From NCBI GenBank assembly GCA_963666285.1, contig OY762711.1: a DNA stretch of 64,000 nt; one strand, written 5' to 3'. Below, piece after piece: positions 29,001-39,817 of this stretch (the stretch's first letter is position 1; the number at the start of each line of letters is the position of its first letter). The notes below the pieces were generated by a model, which worked only from the letters and a program-made list of their open reading frames with translations, had not been told where the DNA came from and made no database searches. Position numbers and translations under genes: made by a program. The DNA comes from Sedimentisphaerales bacterium. GTDB taxonomy: Bacteria > Planctomycetota > Phycisphaerae > Sedimentisphaerales > SM23-30.

Positions 29001-31106
29001 ATGAGCGAATCCAACAAAGCTACATGTTTTGGTAGTAACGTATTTAACGATGCGGTTATGTCTGAAAGATTGCCTAAGGCAGTTTACAAGACTCTGAAAA
29101 AGACTATTCAGGCTGGTGACACTCTTGACGCTTCAATAGCTGATGTTGTAGCTAATGCTATGAAAGACTGGGCTGTTGAAAAAGGCGCTACTCATTATTG
29201 TCACTGGTTCCAGCCGATGACAGGCCTTACCGCTGAAAAGCACGATTCTTTTATCTCGGCTACTCCTTCAGGTGAATCTATCATGGAATTCAGCGGCAAA
29301 CAGCTGATCCAGGGTGAACCTGATGCGTCTTCTTTCCCTTCTGGCGGACTGCGTGCTACTTTTGAAGCTCGTGGTTACACTGCCTGGGATTGTACCTCTC
29401 CTGTATTTGTTAAAGAAGATGGCGATAACAAGACTCTTTATATCCCGTCTGCTTTCTGTTCTTATAAAGGTCATGCATTAGACAAGAAGACTCCTCTTCT
29501 GCGTTCTATGGATGCTCTAAATACTCAGGCTCTGCGTGTTCTTAGAGCTCTTGGTAATACTACTACTAACCGCGTTACTTCAACTCTCGGCCCTGAACAG
29601 GAATACTTCCTGGTTGACCGCAGCTTCGTTGAACAGCGTATGGACTTGATGCTGGCCGGTCGCACTTTGTTTGGTGCTCCTTCGCCACGTGGCCAGGAAC
29701 TGGATGACCATTACTTTGGTTCTCTGCATGAAAGAATTGCTTCTTATATGGCAGAACTGAACGAAGAGCTTTGGAAGCTTGGCGTAACTGCTACCACTCA
29801 GCATAACGAAGTGGCTCCTGCTCAGTATGAAGTAGCTCCTGTATTCAGTACAGTTAACGTTGCTACTGACCATAATCAGCTTTGTATGGAAACTCTGCAG
29901 AAGGTTGCTCTTCGTCATGATTTCGTTTGCCTGCTGCACGAAAAACCGTTCGCTGGTGTTAATGGTTCCGGTAAACACAATAACTGGTCTATGGGTACAG
30001 ATGATGGCATCAACCTGCTGGATCCGGGCTCAACTCCTGAATCTAACATGTTCTTCCTGGCTTCTCTGTTCGCTATTATCAAGGCTGTTGATTCTAACGC
30101 TAAACTGTTGCGTGCTACCGTTGCTACTACCGGTAACGAACACCGTCTTGGTGCCAACGAAGCTCCTCCTGCGATCGTTAGTATCTTCCTGGGCGACCAG
30201 TTGAACGAAATCTTCGAAACTATCGCCAAGGGTTCTATGGCCGGCTGCAGTGCTGAAGGCGGCAAGCTGGTTCTTGGTGCTACTACTCTTCCTGAACTTC
30301 CTAAAGATTGTACTGACCGTAACCGTACTTCTCCGTTTGCCTTCACTGGTAACCGTTTTGAGTTCCGTATGGTTGGTTCTACTCAGAGCTGTTCTGGTCC
30401 GATCTTTACTATCAATACTATTGTTGCTGATGCTCTGAAAGAAATTGCTGACGAGCTGGAAGCTGCTTCTGACGCTCCTAAGGCTCTTGAACAGATCATG
30501 ATCAAGATTGCTAAGGAACATGGTAAGGTTGTATTCAACGGCGATAACTATTCTGATGCATGGGTTGCAGAAGCTGCCAAACGCGGCCTGCCAAACATTC
30601 CTTCTACTGTTGATGCTCTGATGTGTCTGAAGGATAAAGATGTTGTTGATCTGTTCGCTAAAAACACTGTCTTAAAACCTGACGAACTTGAAGCTCGTCT
30701 GGAAATCCTGCTCGAAGCATATGCTACAACTATCAAGATCGAAGGTAAGACAGCTCTTAGCATGGCTAAACGTCAGATCCTTCCTGTTACTATGAAGTAT
30801 GCCGGCGACTTGGCTTCTACTCTGACTTGTGTCAAAGAAGCTGGCGGAAGCACTAAAGCTCAGGAAACTAAACTGAAAGCTGTTTGTGCTCTTAACGATT
30901 CTTTAGTAGATGCTATCGACAAGCTGGAAGCTGCTATTGCTAAGACTAATGAAGCCGAAGAAGCTGAAGAAGCTGCTAAGATTGCCAGCACTGAAATCCG
31001 TGATACTATGGGCGTTGTTCGTGAATCAGTTGACGCTCTGGAAATGCTGGTTGACGCTGAAATGTGGCCGCTTCCAACTTACGCTGAAATGCTTTTCATG
31101 CGTTAA
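29001..31106 (+). CDS. glnA: Glutamine synthetase type III
   Basis: [73 protein letters not shown]; strongly biased codon usage. Confidence 0.95.
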   Translation: MSESNKATCFGSNVFNDAVMSERLPKAVYKTLKKTIQAGDTLDASIADVVANAMKDWAVEKGATHYCHWFQPMTGLTAEKHDSFISATPSGESIMEFSGKQLIQGEPDASSFPSGGLRATFEARGYTAWDCTSPVFVKEDGDNKTLYIPSAFCSYKGHALDKKTPLLRSMDALNTQALRVLRALGNTTTNRVTSTLGPEQEYFLVDRSFVEQRMDLMLAGRTLFGAPSPRGQELDDHYFGSLHERIASYMAELNEELWKLGVTATTQHNEVAPAQYEVAPVFSTVNVATDHNQLCMETLQKVALRHDFVCLLHEKPFAGVNGSGKHNNWSMGTDDGINLLDPGSTPESNMFFLASLFAIIKAVDSNAKLLRATVATTGNEHRLGANEAPPAIVSIFLGDQLNEIFETIAKGSMAGCSAEGGKLVLGATTLPELPKDCTDRNRTSPFAFTGNRFEFRMVGSTQSCSGPIFTINTIVADALKEIADELEAASDAPKALEQIMIKIAKEHGKVVFNGDNYSDAWVAEAAKRGLPNIPSTVDALMCLKDKDVVDLFAKNTVLKPDELEARLEILLEAYATTIKIEGKTALSMAKRQILPVTMKYAGDLASTLTCVKEAGGSTKAQETKLKAVCALNDSLVDAIDKLEAAIAKTNEAEEAEEAAKIASTEIRDTMGVVRESVDALEMLVDAEMWPLPTYAEMLFMR

Positions 31107-31184
31107 TAGATATTTTAAGGTATTATTTACAAGTAAATAGTGTAAGGCAAAGAGTGACATATTGCGGCAGCTAAAAAAATAGTA

Positions 31185-31356
31185 TCGCCGAAAGGCGAAA
31201 CTGCAACTTTTCACTCTTAGTTCTTCACTCTTAACTTTTGATACGTATTAGGAATTATAGGTATTTGCTGAAAGAGTGGCGGTTTGCGTCAGCCTTTAAA
31301 ATAAGGTCGCTTGCGACACCTTCACTAATACCTGATACCTAGCTCCTAATACCTGA
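31185..31356. repeat. REP-like hairpin and heptad-repeat module
   Basis: TCGCC-gaaa-GGCGA hairpin, ttcactc repeats, (a)tacct repeats, and GCGTCAGCCTTTAAAATAAG-[hairpin]-ACACCT resembling 37524-37567. Confidence 0.55.
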
Positions 31357-31380
31357 TTTTGTATAATATCCCCCTTCATT

Positions 31381-31414
31381 AGAGGGCCGTTCCTTGTGAT
31401 CGGCTCTCTTTTTT
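31381..31414 (+). terminator. Rho-independent terminator after glnA
   Basis: AGAGGGCCG...CGGCTCTCT followed by a T tract. Confidence 0.7.
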
Positions 31415-31561
31415 ATGCGCTGTCACATTTACACTCTACTTACGCTGACCGCTTTTCCCTTTTATTTGTCATGATTTTAATATAAAATCTCTTCTCTTGA
31501 TTATTAGATCAGGGCGGTTGCCCAGGCTGACCAGCAATCAGTTTGAGTTTTTACTTACATA

Positions 31562-34372
31562 ATGATTTTGAAAAACAGGGGGCATGTTTTGAAAAAAAGT
31601 ATTTTTAATGTTGGTTCGTTACTGCTATTGTTCTTGTCTATATCTTTTCAGTGCAACCATCTCTTATCCAGTAACGTTGAATGTCAGTTGAAGGTCGATT
31701 CCCTAAAATGTGAATATCAGGTCAATCCGTTAGGGATTGATATCACAAATCCTCGCCTCAGCTGGACTATGCAATCTGATGCCCGATCACAGACCCAGTC
31801 CGCCTACCAGGTTATCGTTTCAACCAGTCTCGACTCTTTAACGGCTAGTAAAGCTGACCAGTGGAACAGCCGCAAAGTTCAATCGGGCAATTCCATCCAG
31901 GTTACTTATAGCGGTCCGGAACTTGCCCCTGAAACCCGTTATTATTGGCGCGTCCGTATCTGGGACCAGAACGATACACCCAGTGCCTGGAGCGAACCGG
32001 CCTGGTTCGAAACTGCTATTTTGCATCAGCATAACTGGCAGGCTAAATGGCTGAATGATGGCAAAACTAACCCGGCTGTCGAAGAGGATTTCTTTAAATT
32101 CGATCCGGCTCCATTATTCCGCAAGGATTTCACCCTGACCAAACCCGTCAGCCAGGCCCGTCTTTATATCACTGGCCTTGGCTATTATGAAGCTTCTCTA
32201 AACGGCAAACGCATCGGCGACCATCTCCTCGATCCCGGCTGGACCGACTTCTCCAAAAGGATTTATTACAGTACATACGACCTCACCGACCGGCTGACAA
32301 CAGGCGGCAATTGTCTAGGCGTCACACTTGGCAACGGCTGGTTTAACCCGCTCCCTCTACGCATGTGGGGGCATCTCAATATTAGAGAACACCTGACTGT
32401 CGGTCGCCCTCAATTCATCGCCCAGCTCAAAATCACTTACAAAGATGGCTCTGAGCAGCTGATCACCAGCGACACCGGCTGGAAGGTCACAGAAGGCCCA
32501 ATTATACGCAATAGCATCTACCTTGGCGAAATTTACGATGCTCGCAAGGAACTTGCCGCATGGAATATGCCCGGCTTTGACGATTCCGCCTGGCACAACG
32601 CTGCTCTGGCTGATTCGCCCGCTCCAATCCTCCAGGCCCAGCCGCTCCTTCCGATCAGATCCACTGCCGTTATTAAGCCTGTTAGCGTAACAGAGATCAA
32701 AGATGGTGTTTATATTGTCGATATGGGCTGCAATTTCGCCGGACTGGCATCTTTCAAATTTAATCTCAAAAAGTCCGCCATGGTTAAAATGCGATATGGC
32801 GAACTCCTATATAATGACGGCACATTGAACCCAATGACCAGTGTCTGCGGTCAGATCAAGGGCAAGCGGAACGACTCCCTCCAGGCCAATCCCGGCCTCG
32901 CCTGGCAGGAAGACATATATTTCGCCAAAGGCTCATCCCCGGAAATCTACACCCCGCGGTTTACTTTCCACGCCTTTCGCTATATCGAGATTACCGGGCT
33001 GCCCCAAAAACCCGAGCTCGATTCTATCACCGGCTACCGCTTAAATACAGACGTTACTCCTGTCGGCAGCTTTTCCTGCTCAAACGACCTTTTCAATTCC
33101 ATCCAGCAAATATGTCAGACATCTTTCCTCAGTAATATATTCAGTGTTCAGTCTGACTGCCCGCATCGCGAACGGTTCGGCTACGGCGGCGACCTGGTCA
33201 ATACCAATGAGGCCTTCATATACAATTATGATATGGCCAATTTCTATGCCAAGGCTGTTCAGGACTGGGACGACTGCAAGCTGGCCGACGGCATGCTCAC
33301 CGATACCGCTCCCTTCGTCGGCATCCAGTATTGCGGCGTAGGCTGGGCCATGGCACATCTACATACTCAGCTTGTCCTGTACCGCTATTATGGCGACCTT
33401 ACAATTCTTCAGCAGCAATATGATACCGCGGTCCGGTGGTTTGACCTCGTTATCAACAGCAATCCGGATTTCATCGTCAACCAGGGCCTGTCCGACCATG
33501 AAACTCTAACCGAAAATCCCGCTCCAACTCTGGTTACGCCTCTTTATTTTCAATGTGCCAATATGCTCGCACAAATCTCTGCAATACTCGGCAAAAACGA
33601 CAATCGAGACAAATACCTCACTCTCGCTGATAATATTATGACTGCCTATAACGGCAAATTCTTTGACACTGCTACCGGCAAATGCGGCTCCGGCACCCAA
33701 TCCAGCCAGTCTTTCGCTTTGTATTCTGATATTCTGCCTCAGGATTCTCAAAAAGCGGCATTTCAATACCTTCTCGATCGCATCAAAAAATGCGATAATC
33801 ATTTATCTACCGGCATTTTCGGCACAAACTACATGCTCGATATCCTCTCCCGCCAGGGCAGCGGCGAGCTCGCTTACACCATCGTCAACCAGCGAACATT
33901 TCCAGGATGGGGCCATATGCTCGAAAGCGGGGCAACCTCTCTATGGGAACACTGGCAGTTCAGCGACAATACCTACTCGCACAACCATCCGATGTTCGGC
34001 TCGGTCTCAAAATGGTTCTACAGCTCTCTCGGCGGCATAAAGCCTGATCCACAGGCCGTTGGCTTTGACAAAATTATTATCAACCCGCTCGTTCTAAAAC
34101 AGCTGCAATGGGTAAAATCCACCTACAACTCCGTCAGGGGGCCAATCACCTCGAACTGGCACAAATCTGATAATGAGATAACCTTCGATATTACTATCCC
34201 TGCCAATACTACTGCCACAGTATATCTGCCTTCCGATAAACTGCAAGCCATCAAAGAGGGCGGTAAACCAGTTACTGCCGTCAGTGATATCAAACTATCC
34301 ACCTGTAATAACGGCGTATCCGCCTGGAACATCGGTTCCGGCTCATACCACTTTACCATCCCGTGCAAATAG
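31562..34372 (+). CDS. Alpha-L-rhamnosidase, GH78 family (secreted)
   Basis: NPLGID..PRLSW, APLFRKDF, ITGLGYYE, SDCPHRERFGYGGD, GATSLWEHW, SHNHPMFGSV. Confidence 0.92.
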   Translation: MILKNRGHVLKKSIFNVGSLLLLFLSISFQCNHLLSSNVECQLKVDSLKCEYQVNPLGIDITNPRLSWTMQSDARSQTQSAYQVIVSTSLDSLTASKADQWNSRKVQSGNSIQVTYSGPELAPETRYYWRVRIWDQNDTPSAWSEPAWFETAILHQHNWQAKWLNDGKTNPAVEEDFFKFDPAPLFRKDFTLTKPVSQARLYITGLGYYEASLNGKRIGDHLLDPGWTDFSKRIYYSTYDLTDRLTTGGNCLGVTLGNGWFNPLPLRMWGHLNIREHLTVGRPQFIAQLKITYKDGSEQLITSDTGWKVTEGPIIRNSIYLGEIYDARKELAAWNMPGFDDSAWHNAALADSPAPILQAQPLLPIRSTAVIKPVSVTEIKDGVYIVDMGCNFAGLASFKFNLKKSAMVKMRYGELLYNDGTLNPMTSVCGQIKGKRNDSLQANPGLAWQEDIYFAKGSSPEIYTPRFTFHAFRYIEITGLPQKPELDSITGYRLNTDVTPVGSFSCSNDLFNSIQQICQTSFLSNIFSVQSDCPHRERFGYGGDLVNTNEAFIYNYDMANFYAKAVQDWDDCKLADGMLTDTAPFVGIQYCGVGWAMAHLHTQLVLYRYYGDLTILQQQYDTAVRWFDLVINSNPDFIVNQGLSDHETLTENPAPTLVTPLYFQCANMLAQISAILGKNDNRDKYLTLADNIMTAYNGKFFDTATGKCGSGTQSSQSFALYSDILPQDSQKAAFQYLLDRIKKCDNHLSTGIFGTNYMLDILSRQGSGELAYTIVNQRTFPGWGHMLESGATSLWEHWQFSDNTYSHNHPMFGSVSKWFYSSLGGIKPDPQAVGFDKIIINPLVLKQLQWVKSTYNSVRGPITSNWHKSDNEITFDITIPANTTATVYLPSDKLQAIKEGGKPVTAVSDIKLSTCNNGVSAWNIGSGSYHFTIPCK

Positions 34373-34710
34373 AGCAAGCAATATACAATATCCTACTCAT
34401 TGTATGACCGATTTTATCCTTTGGTTTCAATGAGCTTATAACTGCTGTATCCTTACCGCCCGCTGCTCGCTGCTGGCCGCTGATTGCCTGTCTATTAATT
34501 ACTTTTGATTTACTCTCAATTTTTGCTATCATAAGTGTGTTATTTTGGAAAATTGATTAATGGCCGGGGATGCTGACTTTCTTTATCTCTTTGGCCTTAA
34601 ATGGTTTACTTATAATATTTTAAGGTTGTGTTTCGTATTTGGTCTCAAAGTTGTTTTTTTACCTGAAACTTGAAACCTGGTCCCTGAACCCTTAAATTAG
34701 GAAAGAGATT

Positions 34711-37299
34711 ATGAAAAAGTCTGGTCTGTTTGTATTTTTATTGGTTCTATTTACTAGTTCACTCACCATGGCCGCCAACGGCGACCTCGGCGTTTCCAGT
34801 GGTGCCGATGGCTCCGAATCCGATCCCTTCCTCATCGAAGACTTTACCGACTTCCAGGCATTCTGCGCCGACACCGCTAAATGGGCTTCCGGCGTCCACA
34901 CCCGCCTCGAAACCGACCTCGACCTTGCCCCCAATCTCCCTGGCAGACAAATCTATACCCAGGCACCAATTGCAGGCGATACCGACTCCGATTACACCTT
35001 TGACGGCACAGCCTTTGCGGGCAGCTTCAATGGCAATAATCATGTGATTAAAAATCTGGAAATCAATGGAGCATACTATTGTGGACTATTCGGTAAAACA
35101 GAGTCAGGTTGTGAGATAACCAATCTTGGTTTAGACAATATCGCTATCACTGGCGATTATTATACCGGCGGTCTTTGTGGTGAAAATCATGGTACTATCT
35201 CCAACTGTTATGCAACTGGTTCGGTTTTGGGCAATCATTCTATCGGCGGTCTTTGTGGTGAAAATCAAGGTACTATCTCCAACTGTTATGCAACTGGTTC
35301 GGTTTCGGGTGATCATTCTATCGGCGGTCTTTGTGGTGAAAATCAAGGTACTATCTCCAACTGTTATGCAACTGGATCAGTTTCGGGTGGTAGTCGCTCA
35401 TATACTCTCGGTGGTTTCTGTGGGTATAATCCATCTGGTACTATTATCAACTGTTTTCATTATTTTTATGGTGGACCCGATAATGGCTTTAGTTCTCCTC
35501 TTGACGATAATGAGTTGCAGACTAAAGCTAGTTTCATTGGTTTTGATTTTTCTGGCGATTCATCTGACGGTACTGATGATTATTGGTCTATTGAGGCTGG
35601 TTATATGCCGAGACTTTCATGGCAAATTTCATCCGGTTTTGAACCTCCGTATTTATTAAACACTTTAGTAACTTCACTTCCTGGCACAGGCTACTCTAAT
35701 GATCCGTTTATTATTACTGACTATGATGATATTTTAGAATTTAGAAATAACAGTTCACTTCGTATCGGGTATTATAGTCTGGTAGCAGATATTGACCTGG
35801 TTGGTATTACATATCCAGATGCATTTATACCGGAATATTTTTTGGGAACATTACTTGGTAATGGTCATGTAATATCAAATCTGGCGATTGATGGAGAGTC
35901 AGGCCTTGGCTTTTTTAAGATAGTGTATGGTTCTGTAACCAATCTTGGTTTAGACAATATCGCTATCACTGGCGATTATTATACCGGCGGTCTTTGTGGT
36001 GAAAATTGGGGTACTATCTCCAACTGTTATTCAACTGGTGATGTTTCGGGTGGACATATTTCGAATTTTACCGGCGGTCTTTGTGGTGAAAATTGGGGTA
36101 CTATCTCCAACTGTTATTCAACTGGTGATGTTTCGGGTGGACATATTTCGAATTATACTGGCGGGCTTTGTGGTGAAAATAGAGGTTCTATCTCTAATTG
36201 TTATTCAACTGGCTGTGTTTCGAGTGATTATTATTCGTATTATATCGGTGGGCTTTGTGGTGAAAATAGCGGCACTATCTCTAACTGTTATTCAACTGGC
36301 AGTGTTACCGGTGAACGTACAACCTATTACCTGGGTGGACTGTGCGGGGAGAATACTGGCGTAATAACTCATTGTTATTCAACTGGCAGTATAATCGGTC
36401 ATGATAATTGTTATCAACTTGGCGGCATCTGTGGGAAAAATGGTACACGAAATTTAGAAGGGATAATTTCCTATTGTCATTTTACCGGTAGCGTAACTGG
36501 TGAATTAGATTGCGGCGGTCTTGGTGGCTTATGTGGGGTTATTTATTCTGGCATAATAACCAACTGTTATTCAACTGGCAGCGTAACAGGCGGATTGTAT
36601 TGTCGTTACATCGGCGGATTCTGCGGGCAAAAAGCTTCAATTGAATTTAATGGCTTTTGGAATAGGATTTCTAATTGCTATTCAACTGTGAATGTTAACT
36701 GTGGAGATTATAGTAGTTCTATAGGTGGTTTCTGTGGAGCGAGTGGTAGCGGCGCATTAAGCAATTGCTATTCTACTGGGAATGTTAACTGTGGAGATTA
36801 TAGTAGTTCTATAGGTGGTTTCTGTGGAGCGAATGGTAGCGGAGTATTAAGCAATAGCTATTCTATCGGCAGCGTATCAGGTGGAGTTGAATGTACCTAC
36901 CTCGACGGATTCTGCGGATACATGACAAGGTCGTCACATAGTGATACCACCCTCGGTGACATTAGTAATTGTTTCTGGGATAATGAAACTTCAGGTATTT
37001 CGACAAACAACCATTATTACGACAAAACCACCGCCGAGATGCAAACCCAATCTACCTTCACCGATGCCGGCTGGGACTTCAACGTCGAATCCGACAACGG
37101 CACAGACGACCTCTGGCATATGCCGTACAACGCAGCCGGTTACCCAATACTCTACTTCCAGCGTGACATCCCCGGCGACCTCTCCGGCTCCTATGGCATA
37201 AACCTCTCCGACTTCAGCGAATTGTCCAATGGCTGGATGATTGATTTTGAATTTGCTGATTTGGAAGAACTGGCAGAATATTGGCTGGAAGGTAAATAA
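34711..37299 (+). CDS. Secreted GLUG-motif repeat protein with dockerin-like C-terminus
   Basis: Signal peptide; many GGLCGEN.GTISNCY(A/S)TG.V repeats; TTAEMQTQSTFTDAGWDF; PGDLSGSYGINLSDF..L...W. Confidence 0.85.
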   Translation: MKKSGLFVFLLVLFTSSLTMAANGDLGVSSGADGSESDPFLIEDFTDFQAFCADTAKWASGVHTRLETDLDLAPNLPGRQIYTQAPIAGDTDSDYTFDGTAFAGSFNGNNHVIKNLEINGAYYCGLFGKTESGCEITNLGLDNIAITGDYYTGGLCGENHGTISNCYATGSVLGNHSIGGLCGENQGTISNCYATGSVSGDHSIGGLCGENQGTISNCYATGSVSGGSRSYTLGGFCGYNPSGTIINCFHYFYGGPDNGFSSPLDDNELQTKASFIGFDFSGDSSDGTDDYWSIEAGYMPRLSWQISSGFEPPYLLNTLVTSLPGTGYSNDPFIITDYDDILEFRNNSSLRIGYYSLVADIDLVGITYPDAFIPEYFLGTLLGNGHVISNLAIDGESGLGFFKIVYGSVTNLGLDNIAITGDYYTGGLCGENWGTISNCYSTGDVSGGHISNFTGGLCGENWGTISNCYSTGDVSGGHISNYTGGLCGENRGSISNCYSTGCVSSDYYSYYIGGLCGENSGTISNCYSTGSVTGERTTYYLGGLCGENTGVITHCYSTGSIIGHDNCYQLGGICGKNGTRNLEGIISYCHFTGSVTGELDCGGLGGLCGVIYSGIITNCYSTGSVTGGLYCRYIGGFCGQKASIEFNGFWNRISNCYSTVNVNCGDYSSSIGGFCGASGSGALSNCYSTGNVNCGDYSSSIGGFCGANGSGVLSNSYSIGSVSGGVECTYLDGFCGYMTRSSHSDTTLGDISNCFWDNETSGISTNNHYYDKTTAEMQTQSTFTDAGWDFNVESDNGTDDLWHMPYNAAGYPILYFQRDIPGDLSGSYGINLSDFSELSNGWMIDFEFADLEELAEYWLEGK

Positions 37300-37325
37300 T
37301 AGCCGAATCATTCAGTGCCTTTGAT

Positions 37326-37389
37326 AAATCGCCTAAAAGGGACTTACTGCAACGCTTTGAATTTAAACAAAATGTGAGACGATAGCGAA
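37326..37389 (+). mobile_element. Truncated MITE-like fragment abutting the large inverted element
   Basis: AAATCGCCTAAAAGGGACTT...GTGAGACGATAG matches the core of copies 5/6, then breaks off. Confidence 0.7.
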
Positions 37390-37995
37390 TTATTCCTGAT
37401 GTCAACGTACATCGGGGCACCGGAATTTTTCATTTTTAATTTAGCAAAGCTCACCACTCTTCTTATTTTTTAGATTTCCAGATTTCAGACAGATACTACA
37501 ATTTTGACATAAACTGTACTCACGCGTCAGCTTTAAAATAGTCGTCCCGATGTATATCGGGACACCTCCTTTACAATTTTTATTTTACCCTTTACACTTC
37601 AGATGCCGCGAAGCGGCATCTGGTTGGCCCAGTGGTGAAAACCAGGCGGATAGGCTCATGGTAAATGTCTGCCGTTATGGCTCCGTGGCCCGCCGCGCAC
37701 CCTCCGGTGGCCGCCGCGCTATCGCCGTGCGGTCTCCGTAGGTATGCCGTAAGTTAAGAAGAGCTCTTCTCGCCGCCGCGCTAATCCGTTGCCCCTCCGT
37801 AAGCCGCCGTTGCCCGTCGCGCTGGCTCAATAGCCCGCCGTCGGTCGGCGTTCGCCGGGACGAGCCGCCGTTTCTCTTTTTAACGCCGCACTGCCTCCGC
37901 GCTGCCTCCGCGATACCTCCGTACACCCGCCGCGAGGTCTCCGCAAGTCGTCAATGGTGTTCCGCTGCCCGCGGCAGGCTTTCGCGCGAAATTAT
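37385..37995 (-). repeat. Large inverted repeat, left copy (REP-like hairpins + helically phased CCKCCG array)
   Basis: Reverse complement of 41546-42145 with scattered substitutions; palindromes at 37544-63, 37600-22 and 37757-70. Confidence 0.92.
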
Positions 37996-38107
37996 ATTAA
38001 ATATCAGGTAAAAACACGATCAGATAATAATCAAAGTACAAAAAATGGAAATAACCATATTTGGCAGGCTCATAAAGGTGGTCAAAACGTAGGCCCAAAT
38101 AGAAATA

Positions 38108-39664
38108 TTACTCAGAAATTGATAATGCACCGGTCGGGCAGGATTCAGCCAGATCAGCAGCCAGTTCGGCAGGCAGTTCGCCAAGATCCATGCCAAGCGG
38201 AGCAACCACCCTGGTATCATAGCCCCGACAACTGAACGTAAGTGCCTTATCTGGATTAAAGTTAGCAGATATTTGTACGCATATGCCGCACTTTATGCAC
38301 TTGCCTGGCTCATAGATGAGCCTATTACTCCCGGCATACTCTATTGTATATTCCTTACGCTGAGAATGTTTGTACGCTGTCGGCGAAGCATCCAGTAAGC
38401 TGCTGTATTTACGCAACTTACAATTGTCAACATCACGACAGTCACAATGCAGACAATCTGCTGCGGTTGGTTTTTCGCTGCTCTTTTCGCTCTTGCTATC
38501 CAGCATATCACGCAGCCGGGCTATCCGAAACAGCTCATCTTCGGTAAACTTGCCTATTCGAGTATTGAACGGTTTGGGCTCACCAGTTACAGGAACACCC
38601 GCCAGAAACTGGCAAATACTCACCGCCGCATATCGGCCCTGACCAACCGCACGAACTGCCATCCGCCCCGCCTGGTTGATTCCACCTGCGGTAAACACAT
38701 TCTTAAACTCTTCATTAACAGATACTTGCAAGGCAAGCTTATCAATTACCGGTTTTTCAGATTCTCCGGTAACCAGCCCCCATTGAACAAAAAACTCATC
38801 ACTTTTAGGGCCGGTTGCCAGCAGTACCGCATCATATTTACCCGTAAGCTCTGTCAGCGTTAAGTCTTTACCAAGCTCACTTTGTGAATATTCAGCTCCC
38901 ATCTCAAACGGCATAGCAGTTTCAGCCTTCAGAATATCAGCCGGCAGCTTCTCAGACTCTATCTGGAGCAGACCGCCGCCTGGTTCGGCTTGTTTATCAA
39001 ATACCGTAGCCTTATGCCCTGCAAGGGTTAAGTGCCACGCAGCAGACAGACCGGCAGGACCGGCACCGACAATTGACACACTCTTGCCCGTACTGGCAGC
39101 CGGTTTTGGTACAGCCATATTATTGATAATATAATAGCCGACATCTCCTTTAAGCTCACAGATCGGTATGGACCTACCTGTTTGCTTATGTCGGCATATT
39201 TTTTCGCATGGTGCCGGGCATATCGCCGCCAGAATTCCCGGTATCGGTATCGTCTGCCGCACAATTTCCGCGGCTCTCGGCATGTCACCGGCACTTATCG
39301 CTCGCAGCATATTGGGAATGTCCAGATCAGCCGGACACGCTACCTGACAAGGCCCCAGGCAGTCGCCCAGATGCTCGCTCAGCAGCAGTTCTAAAGCCTT
39401 ACGACGCAAGTGGATAACTTCCTCGGTCTCACTGTCGATTCGCATTTCATGTGTAACCTCGGTCGCACAGGAAGGAGCAAATCCGGCCCGGCCATGAATT
39501 TTCACCAGGCAGACCATACAGGTAGTATTCGGCTTGCACTTTTTGTTATAGCACAATACCGGAATCTCGATCCCGGCTTCTTTTGCAGCCTGATAAATCG
39601 TTTTACCAGCTTCAGTTACGATCTGTTTGCCGTCAATAGTAATTGTTATCTGCCTGCTGTCCAT
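38108..39664 (-). CDS. Fe-S flavoprotein: 2Fe-2S domain + GltD/DPD-like 4Fe-4S/FAD domain + C-terminal 4Fe-4S dicluster
   Basis: IPVLC..CMVCLV..PSC; CLGPCQVACP; ICPAPCEKIC; IVGAGPAGL; CLHCDC; CIKCGICV; CPTGAL. Confidence 0.8.
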   Translation of the reverse strand: MDSRQITITIDGKQIVTEAGKTIYQAAKEAGIEIPVLCYNKKCKPNTTCMVCLVKIHGRAGFAPSCATEVTHEMRIDSETEEVIHLRRKALELLLSEHLGDCLGPCQVACPADLDIPNMLRAISAGDMPRAAEIVRQTIPIPGILAAICPAPCEKICRHKQTGRSIPICELKGDVGYYIINNMAVPKPAASTGKSVSIVGAGPAGLSAAWHLTLAGHKATVFDKQAEPGGGLLQIESEKLPADILKAETAMPFEMGAEYSQSELGKDLTLTELTGKYDAVLLATGPKSDEFFVQWGLVTGESEKPVIDKLALQVSVNEEFKNVFTAGGINQAGRMAVRAVGQGRYAAVSICQFLAGVPVTGEPKPFNTRIGKFTEDELFRIARLRDMLDSKSEKSSEKPTAADCLHCDCRDVDNCKLRKYSSLLDASPTAYKHSQRKEYTIEYAGSNRLIYEPGKCIKCGICVQISANFNPDKALTFSCRGYDTRVVAPLGMDLGELPAELAADLAESCPTGALSISE

Positions 39665-39817
39665 AAGTAATATAATATAGTGTTATTACAGGATTTATAC
39701 CAGAAATTTGTCGATAATAATAAAGTTGAAATTATTTTGCTTTGAATAATGAATAACTAGTGATATTATTATGTAACCGTATTTAATGGACTTACAATCA
39801 AAAACCTACCTGAAAAC

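Noticed and set aside
34711..37299. Diversity-generating retroelement template/variable repeat pair in the GLUG gene
   Set aside because: The duplicated segments are identical or differ without adenine specificity, and no reverse transcriptase is in the window.
39749..39780. dif site at the symmetry centre (TTATGTAACC resembles a XerD arm)
   Set aside because: No XerC arm at 6-bp spacing, and the skew polarity suggests an origin rather than a terminus.
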